Below, one piece after another: positions 1-6,594 of a stretch of 7,319 bases of DNA. The notes under the pieces were generated by a model. The model made no database searches. It was not told where the DNA came from and saw only the letters and a list, made by a program, of their open reading frames with translations. A program made the position numbers and the translations under genes. Source of the stretch: an uncultured Clostridiaceae bacterium (GTDB taxonomy: Bacteria > Bacillota > Clostridia > TANB77 > CAG-465); contig CAYJMD010000006.1 of the NCBI GenBank assembly GCA_964371585.1, forward strand, positions 12,831 through 20,149. Reading direction: 5' to 3'. Within the stretch, counting starts at the first letter, position 1, and each line of letters opens with the position of its first letter.

Positions 1-1
1 C

Positions 2-1441
2 TTACAACCTGAAACAAGAAAGAATGAAATGTTTTCTTCTTTCATAGATAAAGGTTTAGAAGATTTATGTGTGTCTAGAACTACATTTACTTGGGGAATT
101 CCAGTAGACTTTGATACAAAACATGTAGTATATGTTTGGATTGATGCATTATCAAATTATATTTCAGCTTTAGGATATTTAACTGAAGATGATACGTTAT
201 TTAAAAAGTATTGGCCAGCAGATATACATTTAGTAGGTAAAGAAATAACAAGATTCCATAGTATAATATGGCCAGCACTACTTATGGCTTTAGACCTTCC
301 ACTTCCTAAAAAGGTATTTGGACATGGATGGCTTGTGGTAGGAGGTAAAAAGATTTCTAAATCTTTTGGAAACTACAAAGATCCAAGAGAATATATTAAA
401 TATTCTAGTGTAGATGCTTTAAGATACTATTTATTAAAAGAAGTTAAATTAGGACTTGATGGTAACTTTGATGAAGAGATGTATATTCAAAGAATCAACT
501 CAGACTTATCAAATGACTTAGGTAATTTAGTAAGTAGAACAATTTCAATGACAGAAAAATATAATGAAGGAGTACTACTTAAAAGTGTATTTGAAAATCT
601 TCCACATACAGATGTAGATACAAATATGATTAATCTGGTAAAAGAAAATATAGACGAATATATAAAACATATGGAAATGAGTAGACCAGATTTAGCTGTA
701 GATAAGGCTATGAATATAATTTCAAATTCAAATAAATACATTGACTTAAATGAGCCTTGGAAGCTTGCTAAAGATGAAGAAAATAAAGATAGATTAAATA
801 AAGTGTTATATATATTAAGTGAGAATATAAGAATTAGTGCTGTTATGTTAAAACCGTATTTAATTGATGCACCAAATAAAATATTATCACAACTAGGAAT
901 TAATCTAGAAGATGAAAACCTTACAATGTTATCAAGCTTAAATAAATATGGAGCTATAGATGATAATACAATTTGTAAGAAAACAGAAAATCTATTCCCA
1001 AGAATAGATAGTAAAGAAGTTTTAGAAAAGGAAGAAAAAATGGAAAATAAAGAAAATGAAGTAAAGAAAGAAGTTGTAGAAAATGCAGCTAAAGTAGAAG
1101 AAGTAAATGAAAAAGGATATATCACAATTGATGACTTATCTAAAGTTGAACTTAAAGTAGGTCAAATAAAAACTGTTGATAGAGTGGAAAAAGCAGATAA
1201 ATTATATAAACTATCGGTAGATGTTGGAGAAGATGAATTAAGAACAATAGTATCAGGTATCGTACCATATTATACCGAAGAAGAACTACTAAACAAACAA
1301 ATAGTTGTTGTAACTAATTTAAAACCAGTTAAACTAAGAGGGATATTATCAAATGGTATGTTACTAGCTGCTGGTGATTCAGATGTTGTTAGTTTATTAA
1401 CTATTGATAAGGCTATAGCAAATGGTGAAAATATTCACTAA
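2..1441 (+). CDS. metG: Methionine--tRNA ligase (MetRS), C-terminal ~480 aa; the 5' end lies upstream of the window
   Basis: The frame is open from base 2 (LQPETRKNE precedes the first ATG at 29), so the ORF-track start at 29 is a truncation artefact. The class I KMSKS loop is present as KISKS (GGKKISKSFGN). A K/E-rich linker is followed by a C-terminal Trbp111/EMAPII-type tRNA-binding OB domain (KVGQIKTVDRVEKADKLYKLSVDVG...SNGMLLAA). Stop TAA 1439-1441. Confidence 0.93.
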   Translation, partial: LQPETRKNEMFSSFIDKGLEDLCVSRTTFTWGIPVDFDTKHVVYVWIDALSNYISALGYLTEDDTLFKKYWPADIHLVGKEITRFHSIIWPALLMALDLPLPKKVFGHGWLVVGGKKISKSFGNYKDPREYIKYSSVDALRYYLLKEVKLGLDGNFDEEMYIQRINSDLSNDLGNLVSRTISMTEKYNEGVLLKSVFENLPHTDVDTNMINLVKENIDEYIKHMEMSRPDLAVDKAMNIISNSNKYIDLNEPWKLAKDEENKDRLNKVLYILSENIRISAVMLKPYLIDAPNKILSQLGINLEDENLTMLSSLNKYGAIDDNTICKKTENLFPRIDSKEVLEKEEKMENKENEVKKEVVENAAKVEEVNEKGYITIDDLSKVELKVGQIKTVDRVEKADKLYKLSVDVGEDELRTIVSGIVPYYTEEELLNKQIVVVTNLKPVKLRGILSNGMLLAAGDSDVVSLLTIDKAIANGENIH

Positions 1442-1453
1442 GGGGGATATACA

Positions 1454-2110
1454 TTGAAAACTAAAGAGGGCAGATTAAAAATATATAAAGAGTTAGTAGA
1501 ATGGGCTGTTTGCATAATAGTTGCATTTATAATTTATTTATTTATAAACTATTTTATTGGAACAATTTCAGGTGTTAAACAAGTATCAATGACACCTACT
1601 GCTGTTGAAGGAGAAAGAGTATATATATCAAGAACTATATTCTTTCAAAAAGAATTAGTTAGAGGAGATATAGTTACATTTTCTTCTCCAGCAGGTTTAA
1701 ATGATATGGATACAGAACCTTCAGAGTTTACTCTTACAGGAGATAATGCAATTGCTTCGTTTGAAGACCTTAACTTTGGAGAAGCTTTTGTACATGATTT
1801 TTTAGGAATCAATAAAGTAAGTTATATTAAAAGAGTAATTGGAGTTGCTTCAGATCATGTATATATTGATGAAGATGGTAATGTATTTGTTAATGATGTA
1901 AAACTTGAGGAAAACTATTTAAACGATGGAACAACAAATAGAAATGGTAAGTATATTGATGTAATCGTTCCAGAAGGAAGTGTTTTCGTTATGGGAGACA
2001 ATAGGTTACATAGTATGGATTCAAGATATTTCGGTTGTGTTCCTCTAGAAGAAATAGAAGGATATGTTGAAGCAAAAGTTTGGCCACTTGATAAGATAGG
2101 ACCACTTTAA
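1454..2110 (+). CDS. lepB: Signal peptidase I (S26 family)
   Basis: TTG start sits 7 nt after a GGGGG Shine-Dalgarno (1442-1446). There is an N-terminal TM helix. The catalytic Ser box is VSMTPTA, followed by RGDIVTF. The catalytic Lys box is YIKRVIG and box E is GDNRLHSMDSRYFG. It begins 12 nt after the metG stop. Confidence 0.9.
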   Translation: MKTKEGRLKIYKELVEWAVCIIVAFIIYLFINYFIGTISGVKQVSMTPTAVEGERVYISRTIFFQKELVRGDIVTFSSPAGLNDMDTEPSEFTLTGDNAIASFEDLNFGEAFVHDFLGINKVSYIKRVIGVASDHVYIDEDGNVFVNDVKLEENYLNDGTTNRNGKYIDVIVPEGSVFVMGDNRLHSMDSRYFGCVPLEEIEGYVEAKVWPLDKIGPL

Positions 2111-2126
2111 GATAGGAGGCAAAGAT

Positions 2127-2963
2127 ATGTTTGAAAACATTATAGGACATAAAGAAGAAATCAATTATTTAATAAACGAACTGAATAATGATACTGTTTC
2201 TCATTCATATCTATTCTTAGGTAAATCTGGAATTGGCAAAAAACTTATAGCTAAAGAATTTGCCAAACAAATATTAAAAGTAAATGATCTAGAGACTTGT
2301 ATAGATTTTAATCTTATTCGAAAAAAAGATGATAAAAAACAAATAGTTGTAGAACAAGTAAGAGATGAAATTTTAAAAGATATCTATATAAAACCGATAT
2401 CTTGTGAAAAAAAACTATATGTAATTGATGAATTTGAAAATTTAAATGTAGCATCCCAAAATGCACTTTTAAAAATACTAGAAGAGCCACCAAAACATGT
2501 ATGTTTTATTATTATTGCATCAACTGAATCTAGTATTCTTGCTACAATATTATCAAGAGTGTCTAAAATTACATTTAGTAGTTTAAGTGATGATGAAATA
2601 AAGTTATATGTGAATAAGAATAATAAAATAGTCACAGATAATGTAATAGAATTTTCAGAAGGTTCAATAGGTGTAATAAACAGTATAATTGGTGATGGAT
2701 ATATAGAAATATTTGAAAATGTAGAAAGATTAACTAATACTATATTAGCTAGTAATTATATTGAATCATATAAAAGTATATCACAAATTAATTTTAATGA
2801 TGAACATATTTTTGACTATTTAATGTATATGCTTAGTAAAAATAATCAATATTTATGCATTAACATAGTTCAAAGATATAAAAACATGTTGCATAATAAT
2901 GGTAATTATGATATTGTAGTAGATAATATGCTACTAAAGTTAATTGAAAGTATTAACAAATAG
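2127..2963 (+). CDS. holB: DNA polymerase III subunit delta' (clamp-loader AAA+ subunit)
   Basis: GGAGG (2115-2119) lies 7 nt before the ATG. Degenerate Walker A is GKSGIGKK. Other motifs are the clamp-loader NALLKILEEPP motif, the sensor ILSRV motif, and DEFENL (Walker B-like). At 278 aa it is short for the family. It sits immediately upstream of a yaaT/ricT homolog, as in Bacillus. Confidence 0.85.
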   Translation: MFENIIGHKEEINYLINELNNDTVSHSYLFLGKSGIGKKLIAKEFAKQILKVNDLETCIDFNLIRKKDDKKQIVVEQVRDEILKDIYIKPISCEKKLYVIDEFENLNVASQNALLKILEEPPKHVCFIIIASTESSILATILSRVSKITFSSLSDDEIKLYVNKNNKIVTDNVIEFSEGSIGVINSIIGDGYIEIFENVERLTNTILASNYIESYKSISQINFNDEHIFDYLMYMLSKNNQYLCINIVQRYKNMLHNNGNYDIVVDNMLLKLIESINK

Positions 2964-2974
2964 AAGGAGAACAT

Positions 2975-3793
2975 ATGGATAATAATGTTTTAGGAATTAG
3001 ATTTAGAAGAACAGGTAAAATGGTATATATGCTTCCTTGTCAAGAAGATCTTAAAGTAGGAGATAAAGTAATTGCTGAAAGTGAAAAAGGTAAGGAAATA
3101 GGAAGAATTGTAAAAATACTTACTAAAGATGAAGTGAAAACAGAGGAACCATTAAATAAAATAATAAAAAAAGCTACAATTGAAGATGATGAAAAACAAA
3201 AACAAAATGTTAAAGAAGCTGAAAAAGTTTTAGAATTTACAAGAAAAGAATTGAAAAATTTACAACTTAACATGAAATTATTATTTTGTGAATATACATT
3301 TGATAAAGGTAAACTTACAATATACTTTACATCTGATGAAAGAGTAGATTTTAGAGAACTTGTAAAAACACTAGCTACAAGATATAAAACAAGAATAGAA
3401 CTTAGACAAATCGGCCCGAGAGATGAAGTTAAAGCCTATTCTAATTTAGGAATGTGTGGAAGAGAAGTTTGTTGTAGAACTTATCTACAAGATTTTAAAT
3501 CTGTAACTATTAAAGATGCGAAAGAACAAGGACTACAAATAAATATGAGTAAACTTTCAGGTGGATGTGGTAGACTTATGTGTTGTTTAAAATATGAAGA
3601 AGAGACATATAGAGATAACTCAAAAAAATTACCCAAAGTAAATGAAATTGTTAGTGTTAGAGAATCTGGTGAAGTAGGAAAAGTTATAGGTATTGATATA
3701 CTTAATTTAAAAGTTAAAGTTAAATTAGGTGATACAAGAGAAAATGAAAGTATAGTTAATTTTAAATTAGATGAATTAATTATTGATAATTAA
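2975..3793 (+). CDS. ricT: PSP1-domain protein RicT/YaaT (stage 0 sporulation / RNase Y maturation accessory protein family)
   Basis: AAGGAGA (2964-2970) precedes the ATG. It has the characteristic PSP1 C-terminal block RIELRQIGPRDEVKAYSNLGMCGREVCCRTYLQDF...LSGGCGRLMCCLKYEEETY with paired Cys-Cys motifs. It holds the conserved position after holB. Confidence 0.88.
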   Translation: MDNNVLGIRFRRTGKMVYMLPCQEDLKVGDKVIAESEKGKEIGRIVKILTKDEVKTEEPLNKIIKKATIEDDEKQKQNVKEAEKVLEFTRKELKNLQLNMKLLFCEYTFDKGKLTIYFTSDERVDFRELVKTLATRYKTRIELRQIGPRDEVKAYSNLGMCGREVCCRTYLQDFKSVTIKDAKEQGLQINMSKLSGGCGRLMCCLKYEEETYRDNSKKLPKVNEIVSVRESGEVGKVIGIDILNLKVKVKLGDTRENESIVNFKLDELIIDN

Positions 3794-3796
3794 TAG

Positions 3797-3982
<186 letters not shown>

Positions 3983-3987
3983 AAATG

Positions 3988-4036
3988 AACCTTTAAGAGT
4001 ATAGAGAATATACTTTCTTAAAGGTTTATTTTTTTA
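3988..4036. terminator. Bidirectional rho-independent terminator between the convergent fdx and pyruvyl transferase genes
   Basis: AACCTTTAAGA (3988-3998) pairs perfectly with TCTTAAAGGTT (4016-4026). An inner helix GTATA (3999-4003) / TATAC (4009-4013) has a GAGAA loop. On the + strand a T-tract TTTATTTTTTT (4025-4035) follows. On the - strand the same hairpin is followed by CATTTTT (complement of 3981-3987). The T-tract overlaps the stop codon of the - strand gene. Confidence 0.85.
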
Positions 4037-5083
4037 TTTAATTAATTTATTAAATGAGTTAAAATGTTTTGCAGAGTCCTTTGATAATGAATTTATAATT
4101 TCAGAATTAGTTTCTTGATATGAATTTATATCTAATAAATCATCACTTGTAATATTTTCTAAATTAATATATGAACTAGTTATTTTAGTATCATTTACTA
4201 CAGTAAGAAGTTTATTGCTATATGATAGTACTATAAATTTATGTCCAAGCTTACTTGATAGTATCATAGAATGAAATCTAGAACATATCATAAACTCCAT
4301 TTTTGAATAGATATTCATAAAATCATCTAAAGAAGAATTATAATCTACAATGTTTATTTTAGCAGAATAGCTGTCTGGTAAAATCTCTATAAGATTATTA
4401 CAAGCCTCTACATCACCTTCTGCATCACAAAATGGAAATAAATATATAGAATAACCATCATCTATGTATTTTTTTATATTGTTTGCTAAACACTTTAAAT
4501 AATCTTTAGTAACATGTTGTAAATTGGATTTTTTCTTTAAATCTATCATTGAAATTCCTATTGATTTTTTTATTGTCTCAGTGTCATTAATATCTAAACC
4601 AAATACAATATCCGGTGCTAGTGATACATTATTTAAATCGCTGAATATATCAAAAGAATATTTATCTCTAAAACAAGTATGAGTTACTGTTTTTAGTACA
4701 TTTCTTGTTAAATTTAAGTATTCTTCAGTTTTGTATGGACCGAAGTTTGTTCCCATATAGAAAAAAGGAACATTCAAAGCTTTAGCTTCTTTAACAAAAT
4801 CATATAAAGTTTGTAATCTATTTATAGAATTTGGAGCTTCAATGAATAGTGATCCACCAATATATATGATTGAATCATAATTTTGTATAATACTTGTATC
4901 AAAAACAAATTTTTTGTTTATAATAGTTAAGTTAGTTATATTATTAATAGCAAAAGCATCATCTATATTTTCTACATAAATAGAAAAATTAATATTAGGA
5001 TACTTTTTAGTAATCATAGAAATGAATAAATCATCGCCTACATTTGCTTTAGTATATGCAATTAAAAGAACATTTTTTATCAA
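4034..5083 (-). CDS. Polysaccharide pyruvyl transferase family protein (PS_pyruv_trans / CsaB-WcaK-like)
   Basis: N-terminal motif is LLIAYTKANVGDDLF (the family NxGD[DE] motif). Mid motif is IIYIGGSLF. C-terminal motif is ICSRFHSMILSSKLGHKFIVLSYSNKL (the family R[LF]H motif followed by a Y/S-x-x-K block). I moved the start from the ORF-track 5098 to the TTG at 5083. The codons at 5098-5090 (TTG GAG GCG) themselves contain GGAGG (5096-5092), which sits 8 nt before the in-frame TTG at 5083. Confidence 0.75.
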   Translation of the reverse strand: MIKNVLLIAYTKANVGDDLFISMITKKYPNINFSIYVENIDDAFAINNITNLTIINKKFVFDTSIIQNYDSIIYIGGSLFIEAPNSINRLQTLYDFVKEAKALNVPFFYMGTNFGPYKTEEYLNLTRNVLKTVTHTCFRDKYSFDIFSDLNNVSLAPDIVFGLDINDTETIKKSIGISMIDLKKKSNLQHVTKDYLKCLANNIKKYIDDGYSIYLFPFCDAEGDVEACNNLIEILPDSYSAKINIVDYNSSLDDFMNIYSKMEFMICSRFHSMILSSKLGHKFIVLSYSNKLLTVVNDTKITSSYINLENITSDDLLDINSYQETNSEIINSLSKDSAKHFNSFNKLIK

Positions 5084-5103
5084 AATAATCGCCTCCAAAC
5101 CAT

Positions 5104-5132
5104 ATTATAGCATGGCACAATAGATAAATCAA
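5104..5132 (-). promoter_or_regulatory. Putative sigma-A promoter for the pyruvyl transferase gene
   Basis: The - strand reads TTGATT (5132-5127), a 17-nt spacer, then TGcTATAAT (-10 hexamer at 5109-5104) with an extended -10 TG. The predicted transcription start is around 5097, so the leader would be very short and begin at the SD. Confidence 0.5.
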
Positions 5133-5152
5133 TGGTATTATTTAAAAGAAAT

Positions 5153-5183
5153 AAAAAAACACTCTAATCAATTGATTAAAGTG
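5153..5183 (-). terminator. Rho-independent terminator of the 66-aa gene (cassette terminator copy 1)
   Basis: The - strand RNA folds as CACUUUAAUC-AAUU-GAUUAGAGUG (10 bp including one G.U) followed by UUUUUUU (complement of 5153-5159). It lies 12 nt after the stop at 5195. It is the same CAATTG-centred hairpin as at 5538-5572 and 6511-6544. Confidence 0.8.
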
Positions 5184-5194
5184 CTTTAATGATT

Positions 5195-5395
5195 TTACTC
5201 GAAGTCAAACCCATCAGCAATATCATTAAAAAATGATGAGCTTCCAAATAGGTTGTCATTGTTGCTAAATTCAGACATTGGTAATTCTGATTGGGCTGCA
5301 TTTTGGAAAATGTTTCCAATAATGTCCATAGTTAATACCACGGCTAAAATAGAAATCAGAAGGATAATTGTTGTTGTAATAATTGCTTTTTTCAT
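5195..5395 (-). CDS. Small (66 aa) N-terminally anchored or secreted protein; minimal member of the cassette array
   Basis: It is preceded by the conserved leader, with GGAGG 7 nt before the ATG. It starts MKK plus a hydrophobic helix (AIITTTIILLISILAVVL) followed by TMD, as in the two larger paralogs (ETMDQ). The tail is acidic and S/F/N/D-rich. It has its own promoter and terminator. Two overlapping ORF-track entries were rejected in its favour. Confidence 0.6.
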   Translation of the reverse strand: MKKAIITTTIILLISILAVVLTMDIIGNIFQNAAQSELPMSEFSNNDNLFGSSSFFNDIADGFDFE

Positions 5396-5482
5396 TGTAA
5401 TACCTCCAAGTATTAAAAAAATTTTGTTGATACAAATCTCTAATCTTTATCAATTGTTAAAGATTTATATATATGTTTTTCA
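5396..5482 (-). promoter_or_regulatory. Conserved 5' leader, copy A (5387-5465 is identical to 7237-7315)
   Basis: The mRNA-sense core is AATCTTTAACAATTGATAAAGATTAGAGATTTGTATCAACAAAATTTTTTTAATACTTGGAGGTATTACA-ATG. It contains a 24-nt near-palindrome (5442-5465) and the SD. The upper boundary is the transcription start predicted about 7 nt downstream of the -10 box. Confidence 0.7.
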
Positions 5483-5488
5483 CTATTA

Positions 5489-5517
5489 ATTATACCATAT
5501 TTTAAACATTATGTCAA
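5489..5517 (-). promoter_or_regulatory. Consensus sigma-A promoter of the 66-aa cassette
   Basis: The - strand reads TTGACA (5517-5512), a 17-nt spacer, then TGgTATAAT (-10 at 5494-5489). Both hexamers are perfect and an extended -10 TG is present. Confidence 0.8.
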
Positions 5518-5537
5518 CTATCATGAGATTTGTTGAA

Positions 5538-5572
5538 CAAATAAAAACACCCTAATCAATTGATTAGAGTGT
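5538..5572 (-). terminator. Rho-independent terminator of the 262-aa gene (cassette terminator copy 2)
   Basis: The - strand RNA folds as ACACUCUAAUC-AAUU-GAUUAGGGUGU (11 bp including one G.U) followed by UUUUUAUUU. It starts 7 nt after the stop codon (5579-5581). The 40-nt block 5538-5577 is identical to 6510-6549. Confidence 0.85.
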
Positions 5573-5578
5573 TTAATT

Positions 5579-6367
5579 TTATCCAAAATTAACATTGTCA
5601 TCTGCATAAAGCAAATCCTCAGTTGGTTCTGGTTTTGGTTCTGGAGTTGGTTTAGAACTAGATTCAGGTTTAGGACTTGGACTTAAAAATTCGTCAATAA
5701 CTTCATCTAGAGTAGTATTTGAATTATTTGTTCCAAAGAATACATCATTCCACTGTTCAACAGTTTTAATGTCTTCAATGATAAGAGTCCATATATATTT
5801 TGGATCACCATCAAAAACATATTCATCCTCTGGTACTAATGATTCAATACAATCAGTACGTACAAAGCCTAAATATTTACCTGAGTCATCACGTTCAGCA
5901 ATGTAGTACTGATCTTTACCTTCGTGGTAGACCCTGTATACTTTGTGAGTAATCTCTCTAGATGGATTACAAGTGCTACAATATTCAGAGCTAGAGCCTA
6001 TGTGAACACAAGAGATTACAGCTGACTCCATTTCTGCTAAAAAAATTTCTTGCTCAAATGGAATTTCTGGTTCGGGTTCGGGTTTTGGAGTTGCGTCAGT
6101 ATATTTTTCTATTTCTATAGGATCCTTTATAGAATGAACACAAGGGCCTGAAGAAGATTCATAACTATAAAAGTTTTCTGTATATGGATCTATGTTAATA
6201 GCATCTAACGCTAAAGCTTCATTAGATTGATCTATGTTAATAGTACCTAACTCTAAAGCTTCATTAGATTGATCCATTGTTTCAATTGGTGTAGTTCCCA
6301 ATAAGTAGCCCGTACCAAATGATGCGATTAGTGATAGTGCGATTGTTAATGTAGTAAGTTTTTTCAT
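5579..6367 (-). CDS. Signal-anchored or secreted protein, 262 aa, paralog of 6595-7245 (unrecognised family)
   Basis: GGAGG lies 7 nt before the ATG. It starts MKKLTT plus a hydrophobic helix, then the juxtamembrane motif GTTPIETMDQSNEALE. A 14-aa tandem repeat and PKPEPEPE / PTPEPKPEP linkers follow. It carries the Cys motif CVHIGSSSEYCSTCNP. The C-terminal domain YRVYHEGKDQYYIAE...SLVPEDEYVF...PKYIWTLIIEDI...WN...SNTTLDEVIDEFL is shared with the next gene. Confidence 0.85.
   Translation of the reverse strand: MKKLTTLTIALSLIASFGTGYLLGTTPIETMDQSNEALELGTINIDQSNEALALDAINIDPYTENFYSYESSSGPCVHSIKDPIEIEKYTDATPKPEPEPEIPFEQEIFLAEMESAVISCVHIGSSSEYCSTCNPSREITHKVYRVYHEGKDQYYIAERDDSGKYLGFVRTDCIESLVPEDEYVFDGDPKYIWTLIIEDIKTVEQWNDVFFGTNNSNTTLDEVIDEFLSPSPKPESSSKPTPEPKPEPTEDLLYADDNVNFG
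6187..6274 (-). repeat. In-frame 42-nt tandem duplication (two units) inside the 262-aa gene
   Basis: Unit 6189-6230 differs from unit 6231-6272 at 3 of 42 positions. They encode DQSNEALELGTINI and DQSNEALALDAINI. Confidence 0.9.
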
Positions 6368-6455
6368 TGTAATACCTCCAAGTATTAAAAAAAATTTTGT
6401 TGATACAAATCTCTAATCTTTATCAATTGTTAAAGATTCATATATTTAATGTACA
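6368..6455 (-). promoter_or_regulatory. Conserved 5' leader, copy B
   Basis: 6349-6443 matches 7227-7319 except for one extra A in the homopolymer run (A8 at 6387-6394, versus A7 in copies A and C). The near-palindrome is at 6415-6438. Confidence 0.7.
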
Positions 6456-6461
6456 ATATTA

Positions 6462-6490
6462 ATTATATCACATTTAATGTGTTATGTCAA
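6462..6490 (-). promoter_or_regulatory. Consensus sigma-A promoter of the 262-aa cassette
   Basis: The - strand reads TTGACA (6490-6485), a 17-nt spacer, then TGaTATAAT (-10 at 6467-6462). Both hexamers are perfect and an extended -10 TG is present. The hexamers are conserved with copy A while the spacer and flanks have diverged. Confidence 0.8.
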
Positions 6491-6510
6491 CTAGTTTGGT
6501 AGAGTTTTGC

Positions 6511-6544
6511 AAATAAAAACACCCTAATCAATTGATTAGAGTGT
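6511..6544 (-). terminator. Rho-independent terminator of the 216-aa gene (cassette terminator copy 3)
   Basis: It has the same hairpin and U-tract as 5538-5572 (40 nt identical). It lies about 50 nt downstream of the stop at 6595. Confidence 0.8.
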
Positions 6545-6594
6545 TTAATGTTTAAGTTTAAAATTTATCTTGTATAAGCTAATTCTTTAAACAG

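Noticed and set aside
487-1125. 212-aa ORF on the - strand inside metG
   Set aside because: It is antisense to a strongly supported MetRS coding region. Its translation is S/F/L/I-rich low complexity, as expected from reading the complement of K/E/N-rich codons. I found no SD and no recognisable motif.
2384-2635. 83-aa ORF on the - strand inside holB
   Set aside because: It is antisense to holB. It has low-complexity composition and no ribosome-binding site, and is an AT-rich open-frame artefact.
3040-3273. 77-aa ORF on the - strand inside ricT
   Set aside because: It is antisense to the K/E-rich N-terminal part of ricT. Its S/F/L-rich translation is typical of a shadow ORF.
5253-5489. 78-aa + strand ORF, and the 60-aa - strand ORF at 5271-5453, both overlapping the 66-aa gene
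   Set aside because: Both run through the conserved leader and promoter DNA and lack an SD. The 5195-5395 frame has the conserved SD spacing, the MKK-TM start shared with its paralogs, and its own terminator.
5396-5578. Intergenic repeat unit as a MITE, IS remnant or integron-type attC cassette boundary
   Set aside because: There is no transposase or integrase in the window. The unit has no terminal inverted repeats bounding it and no visible target-site duplications. Its parts are fully explained as terminator, promoter and leader. A mobile origin cannot be excluded without genome-wide copy data.
6430-6441. Tiny upstream ORF in the leader (ATG AAT CTT TAA) as a leader peptide
   Set aside because: The ATG exists only in copies B and C. 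Copy A has ATA at the equivalent position (t at 5466 on the + strand). The ORF has no SD of its own and only three codons.
5396-6455. Leader as a known riboswitch, T-box or ribosomal-protein leader, or as an invertible promoter switch
   Set aside because: I could not recognise any conserved core of known classes (no T-box specifier/T-box sequence, no typical riboswitch junction motifs). No site-specific recombinase is nearby, and the three copies are all in the same orientation relative to their genes.
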